A program made the position numbers and the translations under genes. DNA of 64,000 nt from Chloroflexota bacterium (GTDB taxonomy: Bacteria > Chloroflexota > UBA11872 > VXOZ01): the NCBI GenBank assembly GCA_964291655.2, contig OZ219802.1, positions 2,208,001 through 2,272,000 of the forward strand. Direction: 5' to 3'. Shown one piece after another: positions 39,708 through 48,595 of the stretch. The notes beneath the pieces are model-generated. The model made no database searches, was not told where the DNA came from, and saw nothing but the letters and a program-made list of their open reading frames with translations. The first letter of the stretch is position 1, and each line of letters opens with the position of its first letter.

Positions 39708-39775
39708 TCCCTCTCCCCGTGAGAGGGCCAGGATGAGGGCACAATCCGTAGGGGCACGATATATCGTGCCCCTAC
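39708..39775. repeat. BoxC-like repeat followed by a GTAG REP (family B)
   Basis: CCCTCTCCCCGTGAGAGGGCCAGGATGAGGG then GTAGGGGCACGATATATCGTGCCCCTAC. Confidence 0.8.
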
Positions 39776-39953
39776 TGTCGTCTAGAGATCGGTGCGCCCC
39801 ATTCGTCTCCATCGTATAAGCATCGCGATCCGCACATTTGTTCAACGCGTTCCACGCCTCCTGAGCCAGGCGCATACACTATAATGACACCAGCGAGACT
39901 TTGGCATAGATGAGCAATTCATGTGATGGCATAGGGCATTGAAGGAACGACCA

Positions 39954-41450
39954 ATGGATACCCAACTCACGCAATCCGAGACCGACCCGAAGACCGTCGC
40001 TCCCAGGCTCCGCAACTATGTGGGCGGCCAGTGGGTCACGCCGCAGACCGACAACTACCTGGACGTGACGAATCCGGCAAACGGCGACGTGATTGCCCAG
40101 GTACCGCTCTCCTCCAAGGAAGATACCGACGCGGCAGTGGCGGCGGCGCATGCGGCCTTTCCTGCCTGGCGCGCCACGCCGCCATTGGAGCGCTCGCGTT
40201 TGCTCTTTGCGGTCAAAGCGCGCATGGAAGAGCGCTTTGAGGACTTCGCCCAAGCCGTTACGCGAGAGCACGGCAAGACGCTGGAAGACGCCCGCGGCTC
40301 TGTGCGCCGCGCCATTGAGAATGTGGAGGTGGCCTGCGGCATTCCCTCGCTCCTCATGGGCTACGGTCTGGAGGACGGCGCGGCCAAGGGTATTGACGAA
40401 GACGTGGTGCGCCAGCCGCTGGGCGTTTTTGCGGCGGTGTGTCCGTTCAACTTTCCGCTCATGGTGCCGTTCTGGTTCTGGCCCTATGCCGTGGCGTGCG
40501 GCAATACCTACATCATCAAGCCCTCCGAGCAGGTGCCGACGAGCATGCAGCTCGTGTTCGAGGAGCTGGACGCCTGCGGCTTTCCGCCCGGCGTCATTAA
40601 TGTCGTGAACGGGTCCAAAGAGGCCGTGGACGCCCTGCTCGATAGTCCGCAGGTGCGGGGCATCTCCTTTGTCGGCTCCACGCCGACGGCACGCTATCTC
40701 TACGCCCGCGCGGGCGAGCAGGGCAAGCGCGTGCAGGCCCAGGGCGGCGCGAAGAACGTGATCGTGGTCATGCCCGATGCCGCGCTGGACGAGACGGTGG
40801 GCAACGTGATCAACTCCGCGTTTGGCTCCGCGGGACAACGCTGCCTCGCCGGTTCGGTGGTGGTGACCGTGGGCGCGGGACACGAACGCGTGCGCGACGC
40901 CATTGTGGAAGCGGCGGGTTCTTTGGCAGTTGGCAACGGTGCGGATGAAGACGTCGAGCTCGGTCCGGTCATCTCGCAATCCGCCAAAGAGCGCATTCTC
41001 GGCTACATCGACCGCGGCGAGGCTGAAGGCGCGGCGCTGCTCCTCGACGGCCGCGCGGCAGCGGCAGAACAGGACGCCAACGGCGCGTTCGTCGGCGCGA
41101 CAATCTTCGACCAAGTCCAGCCCGACATGGCGCTCTTCACCGACGAAATTTTCGGCCCGGTGCTCAGTATGCTCCACGTGGAGACGCTCGACGACGCCAT
41201 TACGCTGATCGAGAATCAACGCTACGGCAACGCCGCGTCCATTTTCACGCAGGACGGCGCGGCGGCCCGCGAGTTCCGCTATCGCGCCCCCACCGGCAAC
41301 ATCGGCATCAACGTGGGCGTGGCCGCGCCCATGGCCTACTTCCCTTTCAGCGGCGCGAAAGAGTCCTTCTTCGGCACCCTCCACGGCCAAGGCCGCGATG
41401 CGATCGACTTCTTCACCGAGCGGAAAGTGGTGATTACGCGGTGGTTCTGA
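39954..41450 (+). CDS. mmsA: CoA-acylating (methyl)malonate-semialdehyde dehydrogenase
   Basis: PFNFP, KPSEQVP, SFVGST, GGAKN, FGSAGQRCLA, EIFGPV, FFTERKVVITRWF. Confidence 0.92.
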   Translation: MDTQLTQSETDPKTVAPRLRNYVGGQWVTPQTDNYLDVTNPANGDVIAQVPLSSKEDTDAAVAAAHAAFPAWRATPPLERSRLLFAVKARMEERFEDFAQAVTREHGKTLEDARGSVRRAIENVEVACGIPSLLMGYGLEDGAAKGIDEDVVRQPLGVFAAVCPFNFPLMVPFWFWPYAVACGNTYIIKPSEQVPTSMQLVFEELDACGFPPGVINVVNGSKEAVDALLDSPQVRGISFVGSTPTARYLYARAGEQGKRVQAQGGAKNVIVVMPDAALDETVGNVINSAFGSAGQRCLAGSVVVTVGAGHERVRDAIVEAAGSLAVGNGADEDVELGPVISQSAKERILGYIDRGEAEGAALLLDGRAAAAEQDANGAFVGATIFDQVQPDMALFTDEIFGPVLSMLHVETLDDAITLIENQRYGNAASIFTQDGAAAREFRYRAPTGNIGINVGVAAPMAYFPFSGAKESFFGTLHGQGRDAIDFFTERKVVITRWF

Positions 41451-41794
41451 CGCTATCTCGACTACCTTTGGCGACGTTCCTTCAAGTGATGTCATTCCGA
41501 GCGCAGCGAGGAATCTAGGGTTCTCGAAAGAGTGTCAAAGGGATTGGCAAGAGAGGCTGGGGACTAACGAGTGGGTAAGAGCCAGCGCATAGTTCTTGAC
41601 CGGAGAGCCTTCTTGCAGTTCTCAGGCGCACGCCTCGGTGTATGTTGAGAACGCTCGTTCTTGACGGTATAATCTCTGCGTGATCTTGCTCTCGAATGAA
41701 GATGGATTCCCGCGTGCGCGGGAATGACGGAAAACGGTGTTCTGATCTCAGAATGATGTCGGACTGTGCGGCTCAAGAGCCGCAGTTAGGAGAC

Positions 41795-42103
41795 ATGGCC
41801 CAGATGCCGATGCGGGAAGAACAAGCGTTGTGGTGTGTGGAGTGGGGCAAGCGCGCCACCGAGGGACGGTACTATCCAGACGGGTACTCGCTGCATACGT
41901 CCTTGGCCGACGCCGAAGAGTATCAGCAGGTCAACCTGACGCGCTCCATGGCCGCCACCCAGTGGCAGGGCGAACCCCGCGTGCTCCTGCGCAAGCCCTA
42001 CCGCTGCCTGGTGCCTGATTGGCAGCACCAGCAGACCCTGGCCAGCGACATCGGCGCCCACTTCAGCGGCGCCTCTCCCATGCCGCTCCCAGAGGCCGGT
42101 TGA
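41795..42103 (+). CDS. Hypothetical protein
   Basis: AGGAG RBS; high GC3 codon usage. Confidence 0.55.
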   Translation: MAQMPMREEQALWCVEWGKRATEGRYYPDGYSLHTSLADAEEYQQVNLTRSMAATQWQGEPRVLLRKPYRCLVPDWQHQQTLASDIGAHFSGASPMPLPEAG

Positions 42104-42252
42104 GGGGACAATTGTCTTTCAGCGCTGCCTCATCTCACATGCCAAGTCACAGTGCAGTTCGTCGCTGCAATTGCCGCGCTTCCTTCTTGCATTGTCCGCG
42201 AAAGTGCAAGAGAAATCTTGGACACTCTCCATCTCGCGGAGACCCTCTGGTT

Positions 42253-42669
42253 CCCTCTCCCGGGGGAGAGGGCTAGGGTGAGGGCGACTCTTGTACTTGC
42301 CATTCACGTAGGGTAGCATCCAAGACTGCTTCAGTCTGCGTCAGCACCTGATTGTTCCAGAGTCGACCTACGCGAAACCCCTGTGCCTCCGGCCAATCCG
42401 TGCGAACTGAATCCTCTTCTTTGCGAAGCTGACGCTGACCACCATCTATCTCAATCGCCAGGATTCCTTCATAGCGCAGGAAGTCAACAATGTACTTGCC
42501 AAGGTGTGCTTGTCTACGGAATTTGCAGCCGACAAACTGACGACTGTGCAAGTGTCGCTACAGGGCCTTCCCGGCTTCAGTTGAACTCTTCCGGAGATGT
42601 CGGGCCCTTGCAGCGCCTTGCGATGCCATTTTGTTCACCCTCACCCAAACCCTCTCCCCCAGGAGAGGG
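42253..42669. mobile_element. BoxC doublet enclosing a DUF559 endonuclease gene
   Basis: Inverted arms at 42253-42283 and 42638-42669 flank the gene directly. Confidence 0.75.
42273..42629 (-). pseudogene. DUF559/YcjD (Vsr-like) endonuclease pseudogene
   Basis: MASQGAARARHLRKSSTEAGKAL*RHLHSRQFVGCKFRRQAHLGKYIVDF...IEIDGGQR...QGFRVGRLWNNQV; in-frame TAG at 42558-42560 where Trp is expected. Confidence 0.85.
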
Positions 42670-42784
42670 CTTTAACTGGGAACTACTGTGATCTCAGGCT
42701 CTAGAACAAAGGGAGGTCACCACCTTGTGCGCGGTGTAATCACCGAGACGCTTCCCAGTAGACCTCACTACGATTGAAGACAGG

Positions 42785-44098
42785 CTATGTAAGCGTGCCC
42801 GCGATGCGGAGGGCTTCGGACACTACGATGTGTTCGGCTTGGGGCTGGTAGGGTGCGGGCAGGTGGTAGAACTTGTGCGAGCGTGTGGGCTCGTAGCCAC
42901 CGTCTGCGTATGATGCCTCGGTGCAGAGGTAGCCGATGGTGTCGTTGGAGTAGCCCAACGTCCACGCCGCTTGACCCACGTGGTCGGCCATGAGCGCCGC
43001 CTCAATCTGCAGGCCGACTTCCAGAAAAACCTCGGCTCCTAGACCCACCATCCAGAGCCCGCCGATGCGCAAGACCTGGATGGGGAAGTCCACGCTTGTC
43101 GGCAGCGACCCGTTGCTCTGCAGGCGGGAGAGCATCGACCCGGTCCAAAGTTGCATATAGTTGTCGTCTTTCGCCTTCGCGCGCATGTCCTTGAGTTCCG
43201 CCGCCGTGGGTGGATCCATTAGCGGCAAAGACACGAGCTCGTGCGCCACGCCGATGGGGTAGCCGACCACCATGGTGGCCTCTCGGGCTGCGCGAGCGGC
43301 CAGCGCGCCGACGCCGCGGCCGTGGGTGTCAATCTCTTCACCAGAGCAGGGATGAAAGCGCGTGCCGCCCGGCGCGATAACGCGCACACGCATGTTGCCC
43401 GCACAGCCCTGCAAAAAGCCAACCACTGGCGCTCCCTGGTCGGCAAACTGTCGTTCCACTTCCTGTCTGGCGGCGGCCACGTAATCGCCGTTCACCACCG
43501 GCATGCGGTAGGCATACCCGGTCGGATGGAACGCCCCTGAGAAGAGTATTGCAACCACGGTCCCATTCAGCCGCTCGAAACGGAGCGCGCGGATGCGCTG
43601 GTCCACAATGCCGTCGTAGTTCGGCGCGAGCTGGGCCTCGCCGCCTTCCATGCGCCGGCGGTTGATGGCGAAGTTTCCTTCCGCCCCGCCCACGCGCAGC
43701 GCTACCGGTTCTAGGCTCGCGTCGGCGCGGGTGACGGCATCGGCGAGGGATTGCACCAAACTCTGGTAGTACGTTTCATCTATTTCATCGGGAAGGGCCT
43801 GCAGAATCGCGGGTCCGAAGTGGCTGTGCGAGGCATTGATCAAGACACTGGCGCCTGAGATACCCGTCTGCCGCTCCACGCGCTCACGCACGGCGTTGAC
43901 CAACGGCGCATCCAAACCGAGTACGTCAAGTCCGACGATTGCCACTTTCTGTTCACCGTCGCTGAGCACCACGGCAGTCGCGTAGAGATCGTGGTAGACG
44001 CTCTCCACCCGCAGGTCTGCTCGACTCGACTGGAACGCGCTCCCCATAGGCGGCGTGATCGCCACCTTTGCCCCACCGGCAATTAATCCCGTTGCCAT
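42785..44098 (-). CDS. Neutral/alkaline ceramidase-like protein
   Basis: AKVAITPP, HDLYATAVVL, NASHSHFGP, FLQGCAGN, GYSND..GY...GGYE. Confidence 0.8.
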   Translation of the reverse strand: MATGLIAGGAKVAITPPMGSAFQSSRADLRVESVYHDLYATAVVLSDGEQKVAIVGLDVLGLDAPLVNAVRERVERQTGISGASVLINASHSHFGPAILQALPDEIDETYYQSLVQSLADAVTRADASLEPVALRVGGAEGNFAINRRRMEGGEAQLAPNYDGIVDQRIRALRFERLNGTVVAILFSGAFHPTGYAYRMPVVNGDYVAAARQEVERQFADQGAPVVGFLQGCAGNMRVRVIAPGGTRFHPCSGEEIDTHGRGVGALAARAAREATMVVGYPIGVAHELVSLPLMDPPTAAELKDMRAKAKDDNYMQLWTGSMLSRLQSNGSLPTSVDFPIQVLRIGGLWMVGLGAEVFLEVGLQIEAALMADHVGQAAWTLGYSNDTIGYLCTEASYADGGYEPTRSHKFYHLPAPYQPQAEHIVVSEALRIAGTLT

Positions 44099-44232
44099 AG
44101 TCGCTCCTCAATCTGCATGCGTTGTATGCCACGTAATCATACCAGGCGGGGCGCGTATCCCTTGTTCGCCAGCCATAGGCGAACGATACCGCGTGGGGGC
44201 ATTCATTTTTCCCCTCACCCCAACCCTCTCCC

Positions 44233-45497
44233 TGTACAGACTGGGCTGATAGGTAACAGGTGTTCGGGTTGATAGGTTACACATTTTGTGCTCTGAGGTC
44301 TATGGTTTTGATGCGTTGTATTGAGAAGTGCACGTTCCAGATGCCGTCGGTTTGGGCAGGCCTGAGTGCGACCTGTTTGTGGGTGAAGGCCCTGCCCACA
44401 CGGAGCCGTCTGCCCTGGAAGGAGATGCGACCGGAGACATCGACGCTGCGCACGTGGTCGTCAGGAGCGTAGTCGAGGGCAGGCAACGTCTCAGGGAAGG
44501 GGCGCGGACTAGGCGTGTATCTGGTGATGGGTGTGTCGAGATCGAGGGCATGATGGGGGCGTTCCAAGTTGTAGAAGTCGCGCCAGGTGTCGAAGGCGCC
44601 CTGGCAGTGCTCCAGGTCGGTGAAGCTGGTTCCTGCCAGCAGTTCGCTCTTGAGCGAGCGGTGGAAGCGTTCCAGCTTGCCGAGTGTCTGGGGATGATAG
44701 GGTCTACTGTGGAGCACGCTGATGCCCAGCTGCATGAGCCAGACGGTGAGGGGCGTAAAAGGCTGGGCACTGTCGTTGCCCCAGGGGGAGCCGTTATCCA
44801 TGAGCATGGCCTGGGGCAGGCCGTAGCGCCGAAAGACAGTGGTGAGGCGGTCTTGAACCGTCTCTCCCCGCTCGTTGGCGCAGGCCTGTAAACCTAGGTT
44901 GAAGCGGGAATGATCGTCCAGGAGGGTAAGCGGATGGCAGCGGTTCTGCTGCATGACGAAATGTCCCTTGAAGTCCATCTGCCACAGCTCGTTGGGCTGG
45001 GGTCGTTCGAAGCGCACATGGGGCGTGTGCTTGGCGCTCTGGGCTGGATCGATGAGCCCATGGCGTTTGAGAATGGCATTGATGGTGCTCTTGGCCGGCA
45101 CGTCGGTATGCCCCTGGTCCTGCAGCATTCTGCGCAGCACATGGGCGCCCTTCGTAGGATGCGCCAGACGCAGCGCGATGATGCGTTCCTCCATCGCCGG
45201 GCGCGTGCGGTGCGGACACGTGTGCGTGCGGTGCGAACGGTCACGCAGGCTCTGCGCTCCCCCCGACGCGTACCGCCGCAACCACTTGTAGCCAGTCTTG
45301 CGGCTGATGTTGAACCGACCGCACAATTCGCTCATTCTCACCGCGCCACTATTGGCCAGAGCAATAAACTCTTCCCGGGCAGACATAAGCGTTTCCACCT
45401 TCCACGACATGGTCATCCTCCCGCTGCAAGATTCTCCATGCCTATAGGTGTAACCTATCAACCCGAACAAGCGTTACCCATCAACCCGGTCTATACA
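44233..45497 (-). mobile_element. IS481-family insertion sequence, copy 2 (1265 bp)
   Basis: Reverse complement of 29722-30986; 5-bp DR CTCCC; inside a BoxC hairpin. Confidence 0.95.
44277..45410 (-). CDS. IS481-family transposase
   Basis: Protein identical to 29809..30942. Confidence 0.95.
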   Translation of the reverse strand: MSWKVETLMSAREEFIALANSGAVRMSELCGRFNISRKTGYKWLRRYASGGAQSLRDRSHRTHTCPHRTRPAMEERIIALRLAHPTKGAHVLRRMLQDQGHTDVPAKSTINAILKRHGLIDPAQSAKHTPHVRFERPQPNELWQMDFKGHFVMQQNRCHPLTLLDDHSRFNLGLQACANERGETVQDRLTTVFRRYGLPQAMLMDNGSPWGNDSAQPFTPLTVWLMQLGISVLHSRPYHPQTLGKLERFHRSLKSELLAGTSFTDLEHCQGAFDTWRDFYNLERPHHALDLDTPITRYTPSPRPFPETLPALDYAPDDHVRSVDVSGRISFQGRRLRVGRAFTHKQVALRPAQTDGIWNVHFSIQRIKTIDLRAQNV

Positions 45498-45640
45498 CTC
45501 CCCCAGGAGAGGGAACGGAAACGGCGCTGCTGGGGTGAATGCTCCCCTCACCCTAACCCTCTCCCCGAGGAGAGGGAACGGAAGCCGCGCTGCTGGAGTG
45601 AATGCCCCCTCAATCTAACCCTCTCCCGCTAGGAGAAGGT
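45498..45640. repeat. Three tandem BoxC units (~62-bp period)
   Basis: GGAGAGGGAACGGAA.C.GCGCTGCTGG.GTGAATGC.CCCCTCA..CTAACCCTCTCCC repeated. Confidence 0.8.
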
Positions 45641-45785
45641 ACAAGCAAGAGCAGTTTCTTGTAGCAGGAGCAGGGCTATGCGGCGCCGTCGCTCTTCCGG
45701 AAGACTGCTTTGTGTCTCGCTGTTCCCCCACGTCAAGAAAGTCGGTCGGACGCTCTCTCTACTCTTTGCGAACAATACATCGGGG

Positions 45786-47588
45786 TCATAGATTTGCTAA
45801 GGAACACTCCTGCCAAGGCGATCTTGTCCCCTCTCCCAGCGGAGAACCTTGCGTAACCTTAGTGGAAGCAACAGCGTTCCCTCTCCCTCGACGGGAGAGG
45901 GCTAGGGTGAGGGTGAATCTCCTGCAATCGCTACATTTGCACACCGACTCTGCCCTGATACGTCTTGACACTGCCCAGCGTATAGTGCCATTGTAGCAAG
46001 TAGACCCCCTCACCCCAACCCTCTCCCCCAGAGGCTGTCTCAATATTTTGGTGCGGGGCACGGTGAATGGGGTGAGAAGGACAGACAGATGGCGGGTGGT
46101 ATGAACAAGACGGTGCCAGTGAGAGACTCGTCCCCGGGGCGACGCTGGACTACACCCAGACCGCCACAGGGCGTGGAGGCTCTTGAGATTGAACGCGGTG
46201 GCCAGCAGGTGCCATTCGGACGTCACGTGGCTGCGGCCTCTGAGCAGGAAGCGCCTGGCACTGTGCCACTCCTTGAGCAGGCCAAAGACCGGCTCGACGA
46301 TGGTACTCCGGCGGCGGTACACCTGCTTGGCAGGCGCGGTGGCCATCAACTGCCTGTGCCGTTGCAGTATTGGCTCGTAGGCGCTGATCTTTATGGAGCG
46401 GCCCCTCTGGGAGGAGGTGCAGACGCCGAAGGCCGGACAGGTTCTGCAGTCCCGGCCGTTGGCTTGGTACCGCTTGACCCGGTAGCCGTTGCTGTGGGTC
46501 AAGCGGTGCGTGTAGGTGAGCACCTTTTGCTGGGGACACAGGTAGGTGTCGGTCTCTGGACGGTAGGTGAAGTGGTCTTTATGGTAGGGGTTGCGGCGTC
46601 TGCGCTCGTGGGTCGTGGGCATCAATACCGTGTGGCCGCCGGCGTGGCACGTGGCGAGGTTGGCCCCCGAATGGTAGCCGGCGTCCGCAACGGTCACCAC
46701 GTCCCGCGCGGCGTCGATGTTCTCCTGCGCCGCCTCGATCAGCGGCGCCAGGTGGGGATGGTCGTCGGCACTGGCGCTCACGTCCACGGCTGTGATCAAC
46801 CTCCCCCCTGCGCCCTCGTCCGGGGACGCAAGAGGGGAGACCAGCGCCTGGGCGTTGTAGCCGGTGATGAAGCCACCCATGCCAGTCTTGAGCAGGGCCG
46901 CGTCCGCATCAGTCAGGTTCGTGTAGCGCGGCCCGTCCTCAGCCGCGACGCGGGCGAGCGCGTCGTCCACCCGCCGCCGCAGGGCCTGGGCATCGGCAAG
47001 TTCCTGCGGCAAAGTCGCTGGCGGCGCGTCGCCCCCCGTGGCGTTCTGCGCCTCCAGGTCCGCGATCGCTTGCTCGGTGCGGGACAACAGCCGCTGCAGC
47101 CCCTGCGCGTCGTGGGTATGCCGCGTCCCGGCGTTGGCCGCGATCCTGGTGCCGTCCACCGCCTGGATTGCCAACTCCACCAGGCCGGCTCGCACCGCCG
47201 TGCGCACCGTGCGCTTGAGCAGCGTCCGCATCCGGTCGCGGTGCGCCTTGTAGAAGCGCCACAGCGTGTTGTGGTCCGGCTGCTGCATCCCCACCAGCCA
47301 CAGGTACGGTACCTGATCCCGGCAGGCTGCCTCCAGCTTGCGGCTCGAGCGCACGCCGGTCATGAAGCCGTAGACCCATACGCCCAGCAGCGCGCGCGGA
47401 TGGTAGGCCCCGGCGCCACGCGGATCGCCTTGCAGGTCAATCTCCATCGCCTCCCAGGCCGCAGCATCGAGGCTGTCCACGAACGCTGCCGCAAACCTGA
47501 CAGGATGGTCGTCCGGGATCAGTTCGTCCAGCGTCGGCGGCAACAGCCAGGCCTGTTCACGACTAAACGGTCTCAACGGCATCGTCAC
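45786..47588 (-). CDS. IS1182-family transposase (reads through the IS end)
   Basis: Identical to 7877..9583 up to KILRQP. Confidence 0.92.
   Translation of the reverse strand: MTMPLRPFSREQAWLLPPTLDELIPDDHPVRFAAAFVDSLDAAAWEAMEIDLQGDPRGAGAYHPRALLGVWVYGFMTGVRSSRKLEAACRDQVPYLWLVGMQQPDHNTLWRFYKAHRDRMRTLLKRTVRTAVRAGLVELAIQAVDGTRIAANAGTRHTHDAQGLQRLLSRTEQAIADLEAQNATGGDAPPATLPQELADAQALRRRVDDALARVAAEDGPRYTNLTDADAALLKTGMGGFITGYNAQALVSPLASPDEGAGGRLITAVDVSASADDHPHLAPLIEAAQENIDAARDVVTVADAGYHSGANLATCHAGGHTVLMPTTHERRRRNPYHKDHFTYRPETDTYLCPQQKVLTYTHRLTHSNGYRVKRYQANGRDCRTCPAFGVCTSSQRGRSIKISAYEPILQRHRQLMATAPAKQVYRRRSTIVEPVFGLLKEWHSARRFLLRGRSHVTSEWHLLATAFNLKSLHALWRSGCSPASPRGRVSHWHRLVHTTRHLSVLLTPFTVPRTKILRQPLGERVGVRGSTCYNGTIRWAVSRRIRAESVCKCSDCRRFTLTLALSRRGRGNAVASTKVTQGSPLGEGTRSPWQECSLANL
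45842..46030. repeat. BoxC-doublet MITE (left part), interrupted by IS1182 copy 2
   Basis: GAGAACCTTGCGTAAC end; arms 45879-45913 and 46005-46030; 91-bp spacer. Confidence 0.75.
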
Positions 47589-47674
47589 TACCTCTCTACA
47601 AACTATCCCACCACCTCACCTTGCTTCTCTTCACACCAGTATATATCCAGTAGATCTATTTTTGAGACACCCTC
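46031..47674 (-). mobile_element. IS1182-family insertion sequence, copy 2
   Basis: GAGGCTGTCTCAATA / TTTTGAGACACCCTC; matches copy 1; no clear DR. Confidence 0.9.
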
Positions 47675-47684
47675 TTGGGGAGAG

Positions 47685-47838
47685 GAGGCCGTCTCATAAA
47701 CGCATCGCTCCGTGTAGACTTGCCCTTCGACAGGCTCAGGGCGAACGTAACAGACAACAGTCCGTTCGTGCTGAGTGCTGCGCGAAGCCCTTGTCGAAGC
47801 ACGATTTAGCCTATCGAGTCGACTTATGGGATAGCCTC
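47685..47838. mobile_element. MITE with IS1182-like ends (154 bp)
   Basis: GAGGCCGTCTCATAA / TTATGGGATAGCCTC; internal CCCTTCGACAGGCTCAGG REP pair. Confidence 0.7.
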
Positions 47839-48046
47839 TTGGGAAGAGGGCTGGGGTGAGGGGACTTCTGCTTACCCCATCCTCTTTACGGGCAAGACCG
47901 ATACGCAAGAGTGCAATAACGGTAAAAAGCTCCCAGAATTCGGGAATTTCTCCCTCACCCCCGTATCGAGCACGGGGCAGGCTTTTACCCTCTCCCGCCG
48001 GGAGAGGGGGCTTTCCCGCCCCAGCGAGGGTAATGCAAGGGTCTTC
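47839..48046. repeat. BoxC-doublet MITE (right part)
   Basis: Reverse-complement homolog of 7819-8025; ends TGCAAGGGTCTTC. Confidence 0.8.
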
Positions 48047-48124
48047 CATGGGGGATTAGTACAGGTGCTTTCACCTTCCGGGAGGTCGTACAAGAACTGG
48101 GTGGGCCAAGCACACGTACCTAAC

Positions 48125-48595
48125 CTACCGCGAGGCCCGATCCAGGCCGCCGGTTAATGCCGCGAATGCCACGCCGACCTGGAGCAAGATGCCGGAGGCC
48201 AGCAGGGGCGCCGGGCCGACGGCGCCGCTCAACACCGCCCACCAGCGTTCTAGGCGTGTCATTGTTTCCCATATATCGGTGTAGCGGTAGTCCAGCGGCG
48301 CGGTGTCATAGTTCGCTGCCAAGTGCTGCCAGATCCCCACCAGTGCAAAGGCGACTGCCAGCGCCGCCAATGCGCGCGCCAGCCAGATAGTCGCCGGAGT
48401 CGTACGAATGGAGAGAGCAGTCAGGCCAACGCAGATTCCCCCCACGGCGACCCAAGGCAGGATCTGGATCCAGTCGTGCCAATGCCGTTCCAGCGCCAAC
48501 TCTCCCGCGGTGCCAATTACACCCAGCAGCACGAGCGCCAACAGCGCAGCGCGTAATCCGTCAAACTTTCCATTGCGGCGGATGAGCTGCCTCAT
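48125..48595 (-). CDS. Hypothetical membrane protein (about 4 TM)
   Basis: GTAGELALERHW..QILPW, GPAPLLA; overlaps the upstream gene. Confidence 0.75.
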   Translation of the reverse strand: MRQLIRRNGKFDGLRAALLALVLLGVIGTAGELALERHWHDWIQILPWVAVGGICVGLTALSIRTTPATIWLARALAALAVAFALVGIWQHLAANYDTAPLDYRYTDIWETMTRLERWWAVLSGAVGPAPLLASGILLQVGVAFAALTGGLDRASR

